38,405 nucleotides of DNA from an uncultured Chitinophagales bacterium (lineage in GTDB: Bacteria; Bacteroidota; Rhodothermia; Balneolales; M1805). Of this stretch, positions 16,735 to 25,699 are shown piece by piece (positions within the stretch are counted from its first letter, which is position 1; each line of letters starts with the position of its first letter). The notes below the pieces were generated by a model. That model searched no databases. It was given only the letters and a program-made list of their open reading frames with translations, and was not told the DNA's origin. The DNA is taken from NCBI GenBank assembly GCA_964541325.1, contig CAZIQX010000005.1:1-38405 (forward strand), given 5' to 3'. The translations under genes and the position numbers were made by a program.

Positions 16735-17898
16735 ATGTTGAAGCCATTTATTCCCTCAAGTCCTTTCCTGCAACAAAGTAAATTGCGTCAAATTTTTGAA
16801 AAAGCTCCGGCTGATGCCATCAATTTAGCGATTGGTCAACCCGGTGAAGATACTCCTGCTTTTATTCGCGAGGCAGCGGCAAAAGCAGCATTAGAAGCTC
16901 CTTTGGGATATACTCTGAATGCAGGGATTTTACCTTTGAGGGAAAAATTGGCATCTGAATTTTCGACACAACTTTCAGCTCAACAAATTTGCTTAACTGC
17001 GGGTGTTCAAGAAGCTCTTTATGCCACCTTTTATTTACTTTGCAGTAATGCACCGGCAGATATTGTATTACCTGACCCTGGCTTTTTAACCTATCCGGCA
17101 CTTGCAGGTTTACAGGGTTGTTCGCCAAGGTATTATCACCTAAAGGCAGAACATAATTTTCAATTTAGAGCCGATGCCGTTCTAGATTCACTAAAACCTG
17201 AAACCCGTGCTGTTTTAATTGCTCATCCATCCAACCCAACCGGAAGCGACGCTCCATTCGAAGAATATCAAAAATTAATTCAGGGGCTTTCCGTACGTAA
17301 AGAAGCGCCTGTTTGGATTATTGCTGATGAGGTGTACCATGGGATGAGTTACTCTGAAAACTCCGCAAGTTTTGAATCATTTTTAGAAAGTTATCCTTAC
17401 ATCATCTTATTGCGAGGGGCTTCAAAAAGTCATCACATGACTGGCTGGCGTTTGGCTTGGGCTGTTTTGCCTCAAGATTTAGTAAAACCGTTTATTGCTA
17501 TCCATCAATATGTGTGTACCTGTGTTTCAGCACTCACTCAGTACACATTTTTAGCTATTCGTGGTTCCGTTGCAGAAAAAGACTGGTTGCTGTATCAAAA
17601 ACAGTTATATCGGCAAAAAAGAGACTTAGTGTATCAGCATTTACATCAAACCCTACCTTTAAAAGGCGGAGAAGGAGCTTTTTATTGGATGATGGATATA
17701 AAACACATGTTAAAAGAAAACCAAACAGATGAATCGTTTTGTTGGGATTTGATTCAAAAAGGAAAAGTAACTACTGCACCCGGTTCTGCATTTGGAACTG
17801 AAAGTGACGGTTACATTCGTCTCTCTTATGGGCCACCACTCCCCAAACTTGAAGAAGGCCTGCTTCGATTAAACGCATATTTACAAGAATACCGTTAG
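16735..17898 (+). CDS. PLP-dependent class I/II aminotransferase (candidate N-succinyl-diaminopimelate aminotransferase)
   Basis: 387 aa with PLP-lysine block GASKSHHMTGWRLAW and NPTG. It starts 4 nt after dapD. The DapC role is inferred from position only. Confidence 0.8.
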   Translation: MLKPFIPSSPFLQQSKLRQIFEKAPADAINLAIGQPGEDTPAFIREAAAKAALEAPLGYTLNAGILPLREKLASEFSTQLSAQQICLTAGVQEALYATFYLLCSNAPADIVLPDPGFLTYPALAGLQGCSPRYYHLKAEHNFQFRADAVLDSLKPETRAVLIAHPSNPTGSDAPFEEYQKLIQGLSVRKEAPVWIIADEVYHGMSYSENSASFESFLESYPYIILLRGASKSHHMTGWRLAWAVLPQDLVKPFIAIHQYVCTCVSALTQYTFLAIRGSVAEKDWLLYQKQLYRQKRDLVYQHLHQTLPLKGGEGAFYWMMDIKHMLKENQTDESFCWDLIQKGKVTTAPGSAFGTESDGYIRLSYGPPLPKLEEGLLRLNAYLQEYR

Positions 17899-19241
17899 CG
17901 TAGCGAACGCATATCAATCACGTACATCTGATTGGTTGTCTGAACGCGGTAAAACAAGATGTATGAACCCGATTTCGAGTAGGCAACAGGAAAATCAAGA
18001 CGCGTATCTTCCGTTAAACGAAGTTCATTTGTTCCATCGTAATTGCTCTCAAAAATTTCGTTATTACTGTTTATTTGGGATAAATACAGCACTTTTTTTA
18101 TACGTGAGTTAATATCGCCGGGATAATCGTAACGTACGTTAACGGTTACCTGCGTAACACTTGCCCCATCCCAATCACTTACATACACGTCTCTTCGATT
18201 CAATCGATCGGTAAAAAACAGAATTTTTTCGCCGTCTTCAGAAGTTGCATGAGGGATATCGTGACCAACCCCATCACTTACTTTGCGTCGGTCGGAACCT
18301 GTTACACGCACTTTGTACATTTGCGAAATATTCAATACTGTTTCGTAATAGAGTACGCGTTGGTCGCCAGATTCAAAGAAAACAGCTATTTCGTCCACTT
18401 CAGATGTAGCAAGAGGCACAAAACCTGTTGCTTGTAGATCCATTAAATACACATCATGCTGTAAGCCAACGCGTTTATTGTACACGATTTTTTGACCATC
18501 TTCAGAAACAGCAACGGGAATATTATAACCCTGAAAACGCAAAATGATTTGCTCTGTTTGAGTGGTAACATCATACATAAAGATGGTAGTGGTGGTATCC
18601 TGTTTAGCGTAATACACAATATTATTTCCATCACCGGAAAAACCTGCCACTCCATAATCGCCGGGTTGTGTATTGATTCTTCGCCGATTTGAGCCATCCC
18701 GATTCATTAGATACACTTGTTGTGTACCCTCCTGATCGGATAAAAATAAAATTTGTGATTCATCCGGAGAAAAATCGATGGGGAAATCGTTGAATTCATT
18801 TTGGCTTACCGGACGAGTTATGGCTTTTTTGGGGCCTTTTATTCGTAGTTCTACTTTCTCAGTAATAAGTGGATTATTAATAAACAGTTGAATTGACGCC
18901 GTGTCCGTTCCGTCGAAGCGGTCATAATCCAATTGAATTTCTGTAAAGATTGAGCCTAATGCGGGAATGGTATCAAGTTGAGTGACATCTTTTATCGAAT
19001 AACCAGGGTCAGTAATATGAATGCTATCTACTACAAGTTGTGCATTTTCAAAATTAGTGACACGAACCTGTGCTGACCCACTTTCAGAAAATCCCAAAAA
19101 TGAAATAAACGACGGGGAAAAACCTACTCCTGAGCGAGTTTCACCATCCTCAAGATTATTATTCTTGCAGGATTGGGTTCCTAGAAGGAAACCAATCAAT
19201 AAAAAAGGAAATAAATAAGATACTAGAGAATTATTCCTCAT
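17895..19241 (-). CDS. Lipoprotein with N-terminal Ig-like region and TolB-like PD40 beta-propeller
   Basis: Signal peptide and lipobox from the internal ATG at 19241 (MRNNSLVSYLFPFLLIGFLLGTQSC). Repeated PD40-like blades are present (DFSPDESQILFLSDQEGTQQVYLMNRDGSNRRRI; FSGDGNNIVYY; VSEDGQKIVY; TSEDGEKILFFTD; YSKSGSYILF). The ORF extends to 19292, but that start would overlap the upstream gene by 62 nt. Confidence 0.75.
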   Translation of the reverse strand: MRNNSLVSYLFPFLLIGFLLGTQSCKNNNLEDGETRSGVGFSPSFISFLGFSESGSAQVRVTNFENAQLVVDSIHITDPGYSIKDVTQLDTIPALGSIFTEIQLDYDRFDGTDTASIQLFINNPLITEKVELRIKGPKKAITRPVSQNEFNDFPIDFSPDESQILFLSDQEGTQQVYLMNRDGSNRRRINTQPGDYGVAGFSGDGNNIVYYAKQDTTTTIFMYDVTTQTEQIILRFQGYNIPVAVSEDGQKIVYNKRVGLQHDVYLMDLQATGFVPLATSEVDEIAVFFESGDQRVLYYETVLNISQMYKVRVTGSDRRKVSDGVGHDIPHATSEDGEKILFFTDRLNRRDVYVSDWDGASVTQVTVNVRYDYPGDINSRIKKVLYLSQINSNNEIFESNYDGTNELRLTEDTRLDFPVAYSKSGSYILFYRVQTTNQMYVIDMRSLR

Positions 19242-19626
19242 GACTTTCCAATAACTCGAGTCTCTTTTCAGAGATTTGGAGAAGCAGTTCACTACGCAAT
19301 CTTCGTGCCGTTTCTACATCATGCTTTTTTATTTTCGCTTTAAACTCACCGGCATGAACCCCCGGTAAATTTCCCAGCGCATCCAAGGTATTTCCACGCA
19401 AACGTATCCGACCACTAAACCATTTTTTATCCACTTCTAAAGCTGCAATTTCATTCCATGGAATGTTTACTTTTTTGGTACCCGATTTTATGACCCCTAA
19501 AATTGTGTCTTTTGTTTGGAACTCAATCGTTAAGCCCGATTTATCCGTGTAATTTATTAATCCATGGGCTTCAGTTAAGCCTAACTCACCGATTTCGCAG
19601 GTAAAAGGAATGGTTATTGAGGTCAT
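19231..19626 (-). CDS. Hypothetical small cytoplasmic protein (beta-rich N-part, C-terminal charged helix)
   Basis: 131-aa ORF with no signal peptide or TM. Its stop overlaps the ATG of the downstream lipoprotein gene (CATGAGGAATAA, 11-nt overlap). No family recognised. Confidence 0.6.
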   Translation of the reverse strand: MTSITIPFTCEIGELGLTEAHGLINYTDKSGLTIEFQTKDTILGVIKSGTKKVNIPWNEIAALEVDKKWFSGRIRLRGNTLDALGNLPGVHAGEFKAKIKKHDVETARRLRSELLLQISEKRLELLESHEE

Positions 19627-19788
19627 GTTTAGTAAAGATTTAATCGTAGATATTGCGCTTTAATACGATAAAATACAAATTGCATGGGAAGAAATAACGT
19701 ATCTAAAATGAATTCAAGTTTAACGATTTCATAGCGTTAAAAGTCCATTTTTTCATCTATTTTAATTTTATTTGAAAAGAAGACGAGC
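19627..19788. promoter_or_regulatory. Divergent promoter region between the small-protein/propeller operon and the giant LTD protein gene
   Basis: 162-nt AT-rich spacer flanked by divergent start codons. Promoter elements are not resolved. Confidence 0.4.
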
Positions 19789-22700
19789 ATGATGAAGCAC
19801 TTATTCTCCATTTTTGGGTTTTTGTTTTTCACCTTCCAACCTATTGCAGCACAGCAACTTATTGTTAGTGATGATTTCAATTCGGGCACCTTTCCAAACG
19901 ATAAAAACTGGCAAGGTGAAACCGAAAATTATTCTGTTCAAGATGTAAACGGTGAGCAGGTTCTTCGATTAAATGCAGCTGCTGAAACCGGTACAGCTCC
20001 GATATTTTTGCAAGAACAAATCTTGTTTGGAGAACTCGAATTCAGCGTTCATTTTTTATTCTCAGGATTATCCTTGTCTAACAAAATCAACGTTTATTTT
20101 GGGCTGGACCAATCGGCATTGGATGGAACTCAAAACGGATACTTACTTTCAGGAGGGGAAAGTGGCACGGAAGATGTGTTTAAGTTGTATCGAGTAACAA
20201 ACGGCAGCAATGCCTTAATCGGAACAGATACCACGCTAATAAACGATGGTGGATTATTTCGGGTACGAATTCGAAGAGATACCACGCATACCTTTACAAT
20301 TTCAGTGGCACGTGGCGAAAATGGCTCATTCAATCCCTTTATTAGTGTTGTGGATTCCACTCATTTGATGACAGGTTATTCGATTTTTGAGCCTATTTAC
20401 ACCTCAACCCGTTCTACCTCTTTTGCTTTTGATGATATTCGTATCTCAAAATTTCGCCCTTTCGTACGGCAAATTGCAACTCGTTCCCAATCCCGAATCG
20501 ATTTAATTTGGTCGGAAAGCATTTCTACTAATAGTTTGCAAACCACAGATTTTTCGATTCAACCTTTGGGAATTAATCCGGAGTCTGTTGAACAATCAGC
20601 TGACACAGTAATCCTTCGATTCTCTAACGACATTCCTTTTGGAATTTACACGTTAACTGTTGCGCCACAACAAGATAGCTATGGAATCGAATCCGCAACC
20701 TATGCATTCCCAATCGAGTTTAAAGCCGCATATTCAAACGGAGACGTTATCATCAATGAATTTATGCACAATCCACCCGATGGCTTAGTGGATTATGTAG
20801 AACTTAAAAACACGAGTGCTAAAAACTTGGATATCAGCAATTGGATTATTCGTGATAATAACGCCACAGCCTATCGAGTTCCAAGTGAAACTACCCTTGA
20901 AGCTAATTCTTACTTAGTTTTATCAGCCGATACCAGCGCATTATATTCCGTTTTTGGTGATCGAAACTATGCGGAACTAGGGTCTTTTCCCGGTTTTAAT
21001 AATACATCAACCGACCAAGTGCGGTTTTTTACAGATTCCAATGTGTTGGTCGACTCCCTTCAATACAGTACCAATTGGGGCGGTTCGGGTGTGGCCTTGG
21101 AACGCCGTAGTGCATCAGTTTCCTCTGTGTATCAGGAAAATTGGGGAGCTTCACCCAACGATTTAAAAGGAACTCCGGGTCTTGCCAATGAAATATTACC
21201 TGATGAAACCGCACCGGAACTTCAATCGGCTAGTGTGTTGGCAGCTGATACCGTCATACTGGTTTTTTCGGAAAAGCTGGATATGAATAGTGTTTCATTA
21301 AGTGATTTCACCTTATCCAATTCCGTAAATGTGGCAACTTTTCAAGAGAAATCTACCCGAGAATGGATCTTAATAACACAGACCTTACTTCCAGAAAATC
21401 AATCGTTTACGCTATCTATCTCTGACATTGCCGATTTATTTGGGAATCAAATTTCTCAACCCATCGAAATTGAACTTACCTATTATGTAACGGAATTTGC
21501 CGAGCCGGGAGATATTCTGATCAGTGAGTTTATGTTTGATCCGCCAAGTGGATATTCAGAATTTATCGAACTGTATAACTATTCGGATAAATACATTGAT
21601 TTGAATGGGTTTACCTATGCTGATAATACTGGTAATCATCGCATAATTACTGAAAACACACTCGTGATTCAACCGCAAAACCGTGTTGTAATTGCGCCAA
21701 ACACTGATTTAGCATCCATTTTTTCCGGTTTGAATGTAATTTCGATGGGCTCCGGTTTTGCATCGTTGAACAATTCGGGGGACCAAATTGTAATACGTTC
21801 TTTCGAAGGTGAGTTGATGGATTCATTGGAGTACGATTCATCTTGGGGTGGCTCTGACAAAAGTCTGGAGCGTCGTAGTTTTTCTGTTTCATCTACCTAT
21901 AATGAAAACTGGGGCGATTCTCCCAACCCTCGTTTTGCCACCCCAGGTTTACCAAATGAAGTACTACCCGACACCTTACCACCTGTTCTATCTCGAATTG
22001 AAACTCTAAAACCCGACTCCATTGTATTGAAATTTTCTGAACGATTGAATAAAAGTGTTGCAGAAAATCTATCCTCATACAATTTCCCAAGTGAAATTCA
22101 GCTTCAATCTGCCCAATTACATGCAACAGGAAATGAAATTGGATTGCGTTTTTCATCACCGATAAATGAAAATACCCCTTATTCTGCCACTATTTTACAA
22201 GCAGTAGATCTCTTTGGAAATTCAATTGAAACCCCGATTTCCATCATAGTTGAATATGTGGAAACCCAACCGGCTGAACCAGGTGATTTAGTGATTTCAG
22301 AGTTTATGTTTGATCCACCAAGCGGTTACAGTGAGTTTATTGAATTGTATAATCAATCCGAAAAAGTATTGGATCTCATGCAATTTACGTACAGTGACAA
22401 TGCCGGCAACCCTCGAGCAATAGCCGATGTAAGTACAATTTTGAAACCGCATTCATTTCTGATTCTAGCGCCTAACGACGACTTACTTGCTTTTTTCCCA
22501 AATGCAAACATGTTGGTTATGGGTTCAGGATTTCATGCTTTGAACAACACCTCTGATCAAATTGTTATCAAAAATAATACAGGTCAAACCCTCGATTCCT
22601 TAGCATATTCATCGGATTGGGGTGGAAGTGATAGAAGTCTGGAACGGCGCTCTTATACTGTTTCAGCTGTTTTTCAAGAAAATTGGGGAGATTCGCCCTC

Positions 22701-24663
22701 ACCTATGGCAGCAAGTGTAGGGGCTGAAAACGAGATTCTACCAGATGTTCAAGCTCCCAAATTATTGAATCTATTTGCAGCTGCTCAGTCCTTTACCTTT
22801 GTTTTTGATGAGCAACTGGATGAAGCCCAAGCTATGAATGTGAGTTTGAGTGTGAGTCCGTCACGCGTGGAAAGCTCACGTACGGTGAATACTGGAGTCT
22901 TGAGTATTAGATTCACCGACTCCACAACCACAACTACTTCGTTTACTGTATCGCTTGGTTCTGTTAGTGATATTTTTGGCAATTTAAGTACAGAAATAAC
23001 GCAAGCTATAACCTATGTTCTGGTAAAAGAACCGGAACCCGCAGATATTTTTATAACCGAGTTTGTGTACCGTTCATCAGCAACAACACCGGAATTTGTT
23101 GAAATCTTCAATGCATCTAACGAAAATATTGATTTAAAAACACTCGAAATAGCTGATAATCGCGAACAAATTCGATTAGAAGTCCTTTCCGGCTTTCTAG
23201 ATTATATCAAGCCCCAAAGTTTTCTCGCCTTAACGGCTGATGAGGGATTTGCAGCAGCCGACTCACATCGCGTTGCCGTTCAGCGACTTCCATCATTTAA
23301 CGATTCCGGTAGTGATGCCATTATCGTACGTTATCAAACCCAAACCTTAGACTCAGTTCACTATCAATTTCCACTTTGGCAAGCCACAAGTGAAGGTCAA
23401 TCGTTAGAGAGAAAACAACGGCAAAGTATTTCTTCCGACCCTGCTAATTGGGGATTACATCCACAAAAAAATCATTCAGCGGGAAGAGTGAATCTAACCG
23501 ACACCTTGATTAAACCCTTACAGATTTCATTTGCAGGTTGGTTGGTAAAAGACACGCTAACAATCATAACCTCACGATTTATTGCAAGTTCGGATTATCT
23601 ACGCATTAGAGTTGGCGCACAAGAAGTTGAACCGGTTTCGATAATCAATAACACGATAGTAATAGCATTGGAAGAACCTGAGAATCGGGAAGCACAAGTT
23701 GTTGAACTGGAATATATTGAACCAGGTTTTGAATCCATATCAACGCAAGAAATAGCCTTTCAAGCCACTCCGGAAACCGCAGAACCGTTAATCATTACTG
23801 AAATTCTGTTTAATCCTTTAAGCTCGGATGATGGAAGCCAAAGTGATTTCATCGAGTTATTTAACCCCAACCCCTTTTCGTTGATTGTACCGGATAACTT
23901 TGTTCAGGTAGAATCCATTTCAAGTGGTTCTATCACATCATTTAAGTTTGAAACGCAAGGTTTACCTATTTCCATCCCATCAAATAAATATGTAATTGTT
24001 TTTCCTGATACCGCTCTACATGTAGCTGAGTCACGTTTAGGACTCTATTTTTCATTACATGATAGCATTCCTGCCCTACGAACTAACAGAAATTCACTTT
24101 CGCTCAGTTCTACAAATTCTGCCATAAAATTGTTTGATACAAGCGGTGCACTCATGGATTCGGTGCACTTTCTGGCTGATTGGCATAATCCAAACGTTGC
24201 TGATGTTCGAGGACGCTCATTAGAACGAGTGTTACTAAGCGGACCAAGCAACGACGCAACCAATTGGAGCACAAGCGGAAATCCTTTAGGTGCCACCCCC
24301 GGAAAACAAAACTCAAACTTTATCGAACCGGCAGAAGCACCCAAAAATCAATTAATGATTTTCCCGAATCCGTTTTCACCCGATGAAGACGGGTTTGAAG
24401 ACAATACAACGATTAGCTGGAATCTTGACGGAACCAACTATGTAATAGATGCCACTATTTATGATCGTTTTGGACGAAAAGTTCGAACACTTGCTCAAAA
24501 TGTAGTTGCTGGAAAAACCGGAAGTTTAGTTTGGGATGGGAAACGCGACGACGGAACATTTAATCGAATTGGGATTTATATCATCTTGTTTAAAGCAACG
24601 GATACTTCAGGTGGTGAATCCTTTATTCGTAAAGAAAGCGTTGTAATTGCCCGAATGATGTAA
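19789..24663 (+). CDS. Giant secreted multi-lamin-tail-domain (LTD) protein with FlgD-Ig/T9SS-type C-terminal domain
   Basis: 1624 aa with signal peptide MMKHLFSIFGFLFFTFQPIAAQ, followed by an N-terminal jelly-roll-like domain of about 220 aa. Five LTD-like units follow, each with I(I/S/T)E(F/I)..(N/D)P......(Y/F)(V/I)EL(K/Y/F)N near its start and SLER......NWG near its end. The C-terminus FPNPFSPDEDGFEDNTTISW...IYDRFGRKVRTL...WDGKRDDG...GIYI resembles FlgD Ig-like / T9SS sorting domains. Confidence 0.85.
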   Translation: MMKHLFSIFGFLFFTFQPIAAQQLIVSDDFNSGTFPNDKNWQGETENYSVQDVNGEQVLRLNAAAETGTAPIFLQEQILFGELEFSVHFLFSGLSLSNKINVYFGLDQSALDGTQNGYLLSGGESGTEDVFKLYRVTNGSNALIGTDTTLINDGGLFRVRIRRDTTHTFTISVARGENGSFNPFISVVDSTHLMTGYSIFEPIYTSTRSTSFAFDDIRISKFRPFVRQIATRSQSRIDLIWSESISTNSLQTTDFSIQPLGINPESVEQSADTVILRFSNDIPFGIYTLTVAPQQDSYGIESATYAFPIEFKAAYSNGDVIINEFMHNPPDGLVDYVELKNTSAKNLDISNWIIRDNNATAYRVPSETTLEANSYLVLSADTSALYSVFGDRNYAELGSFPGFNNTSTDQVRFFTDSNVLVDSLQYSTNWGGSGVALERRSASVSSVYQENWGASPNDLKGTPGLANEILPDETAPELQSASVLAADTVILVFSEKLDMNSVSLSDFTLSNSVNVATFQEKSTREWILITQTLLPENQSFTLSISDIADLFGNQISQPIEIELTYYVTEFAEPGDILISEFMFDPPSGYSEFIELYNYSDKYIDLNGFTYADNTGNHRIITENTLVIQPQNRVVIAPNTDLASIFSGLNVISMGSGFASLNNSGDQIVIRSFEGELMDSLEYDSSWGGSDKSLERRSFSVSSTYNENWGDSPNPRFATPGLPNEVLPDTLPPVLSRIETLKPDSIVLKFSERLNKSVAENLSSYNFPSEIQLQSAQLHATGNEIGLRFSSPINENTPYSATILQAVDLFGNSIETPISIIVEYVETQPAEPGDLVISEFMFDPPSGYSEFIELYNQSEKVLDLMQFTYSDNAGNPRAIADVSTILKPHSFLILAPNDDLLAFFPNANMLVMGSGFHALNNTSDQIVIKNNTGQTLDSLAYSSDWGGSDRSLERRSYTVSAVFQENWGDSPSPMAASVGAENEILPDVQAPKLLNLFAAAQSFTFVFDEQLDEAQAMNVSLSVSPSRVESSRTVNTGVLSIRFTDSTTTTTSFTVSLGSVSDIFGNLSTEITQAITYVLVKEPEPADIFITEFVYRSSATTPEFVEIFNASNENIDLKTLEIADNREQIRLEVLSGFLDYIKPQSFLALTADEGFAAADSHRVAVQRLPSFNDSGSDAIIVRYQTQTLDSVHYQFPLWQATSEGQSLERKQRQSISSDPANWGLHPQKNHSAGRVNLTDTLIKPLQISFAGWLVKDTLTIITSRFIASSDYLRIRVGAQEVEPVSIINNTIVIALEEPENREAQVVELEYIEPGFESISTQEIAFQATPETAEPLIITEILFNPLSSDDGSQSDFIELFNPNPFSLIVPDNFVQVESISSGSITSFKFETQGLPISIPSNKYVIVFPDTALHVAESRLGLYFSLHDSIPALRTNRNSLSLSSTNSAIKLFDTSGALMDSVHFLADWHNPNVADVRGRSLERVLLSGPSNDATNWSTSGNPLGATPGKQNSNFIEPAEAPKNQLMIFPNPFSPDEDGFEDNTTISWNLDGTNYVIDATIYDRFGRKVRTLAQNVVAGKTGSLVWDGKRDDGTFNRIGIYIILFKATDTSGGESFIRKESVVIARMM
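20740..24316 (+). repeat. Five in-frame LTD-plus-Ig-like-spacer modules with a period of about 250 aa inside the giant CDS
   Basis: LTD unit starts are at about 20740, 21508, 22282, 23041 and 23782, giving spacings of 768, 774, 759 and 741 nt. Units 2 and 3 are the closest pair (EPGDILISEFMFDPPSGYSEFIELYNYS vs EPGDLVISEFMFDPPSGYSEFIELYNQS) and are also recognisably similar at DNA level. Confidence 0.8.
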
Positions 24664-24748
24664 GCCTGATGTAAAATTTACTTCCAAACTACTTTCATGT
24701 TTAGGGGTAAATTTTTTATCTTTACATCCAATCTCTAAAATAAGCGGT

Positions 24749-25573
24749 ATGAAGCCTGAAAATAAGGCAGCAATAGGAATTTTTGACTCTGGTATTGGTG
24801 GTTTAACGGTTGTAAAATCCGTTATGAAAATGCTTCCGGGCGAAGACATTATTTATTTTGGGGATACCGCTCGCGTTCCTTACGGAATTAAATCCGTAGA
24901 AACCGTTCGGGAATATGCTTTCCAAATCACAGATTTTTTGGTAAAGCAAAACGTGAAAATGATTTTAATCGCTTGTAATACCGTTGCTGCGGCTGCTGAA
25001 GCCTTACTTGTTCAACGATTAGCTCCCAAAAACATCCCTGTTTTAGGTGTTATTGATGCCGGTGCAAAAGCCGCTTTGGAGGTTCCCGGCAAACACAAAC
25101 ATGTTGGCGTTATTGGAACACTGGCAACGGTAGGTTCAGGCGCCTATGAGCGTGCTATTCACGAATTGGATGATTCTGTTACCGTGTATTCCAAAGCTTG
25201 TCCTTTATTAGTACCACTTGCTGAAGAGGGCTGGGCAGGCACCGATATTGCGCGACAAACTTTAGAAATTTATCTGGAAAATTTTAAAGATAAACCACTT
25301 GATGCACTCATTTTAGGGTGCACACACTACCCTCTTTTCCGAGAACAAATTGTGCAGGTTTTAAATCATACAGATATGCAAATTGTGGATTCTGCTGATT
25401 CTATCGCATTGAAAGCCAAAGAAGTACTTACAGAAAAAAAATGGCTTAATCTTCAGGAAAAGGGAAGATTTTCGTGTTATGTAAGTGATAAACCCCAACG
25501 ATTTCAACATCTTGCAGAGCTGTTTCTTGGCAATCCGATTCATCGGGTTGAAGTGGTCTCTCTTCCAATTTGA
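24749..25573 (+). CDS. murI: Glutamate racemase
   Basis: 274 aa with IGIFDSGIGGLTV and the two catalytic Cys contexts IACNT and LGCTHYPL. Confidence 0.95.
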   Translation: MKPENKAAIGIFDSGIGGLTVVKSVMKMLPGEDIIYFGDTARVPYGIKSVETVREYAFQITDFLVKQNVKMILIACNTVAAAAEALLVQRLAPKNIPVLGVIDAGAKAALEVPGKHKHVGVIGTLATVGSGAYERAIHELDDSVTVYSKACPLLVPLAEEGWAGTDIARQTLEIYLENFKDKPLDALILGCTHYPLFREQIVQVLNHTDMQIVDSADSIALKAKEVLTEKKWLNLQEKGRFSCYVSDKPQRFQHLAELFLGNPIHRVEVVSLPI

Positions 25574-25620
25574 GTGTTTCTAACTCAGGCCTTACACGTT
25601 ACCTGAGAGTTTGTAAGCAA

Positions 25621-25668
25621 ATCCAATTTCTTTTTGATTCAATCAAAAGATATTGGATCCATTTTTTT
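25621..25668 (+). terminator. Candidate rho-independent terminator of murI
   Basis: The outer stem is ATCCAAT (25621-25627) / ATTGGAT (25652-25658). The inner stem is TTTTGAT (25632-25638) / ATCAAAA (25642-25648). CCATTTTTTTG follows. It lies in the convergent gap between murI and the PhoH2 gene. Confidence 0.5.
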
Positions 25669-25699
25669 GTATTCCACTGAACAGAAAGTTGAAAATAAC

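Noticed and set aside
1922-17732. Short overlapping or antisense ORFs inside well-supported genes (1922-2146, 3771-4085, 6971-7216, 9451-9651, 9988-10170, 10648-10851, 10749-11039, 11156-11377, 12550-12900, 13986-14210, 15751-15990, 16408-16659, 16862-17128, 17457-17732).
   Set aside because: Each overlaps a CDS with strong family motifs on the other frame or strand. None has recognisable features.
19973-24344. Multiple 60-100-aa ORFs within or antisense to the giant LTD gene (19973-20197, 20130-20360, 21029-21214, 21647-21892, 21669-21860, 21893-22159, 21897-22082, 22785-22982, 24045-24344).
   Set aside because: All lie inside a long ORF with clear domain periodicity. They have low-complexity or odd composition and no motifs, so they are shadow ORFs.
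24664-24748. 8-bp inverted repeat GATGTAAA (about 24667) / TTTACATC (about 24722) between the LTD gene and murI.
   Set aside because: It is short, AT-rich and widely spaced in AT-rich DNA, so it is compatible with chance. No T-tract or other supporting feature is present.
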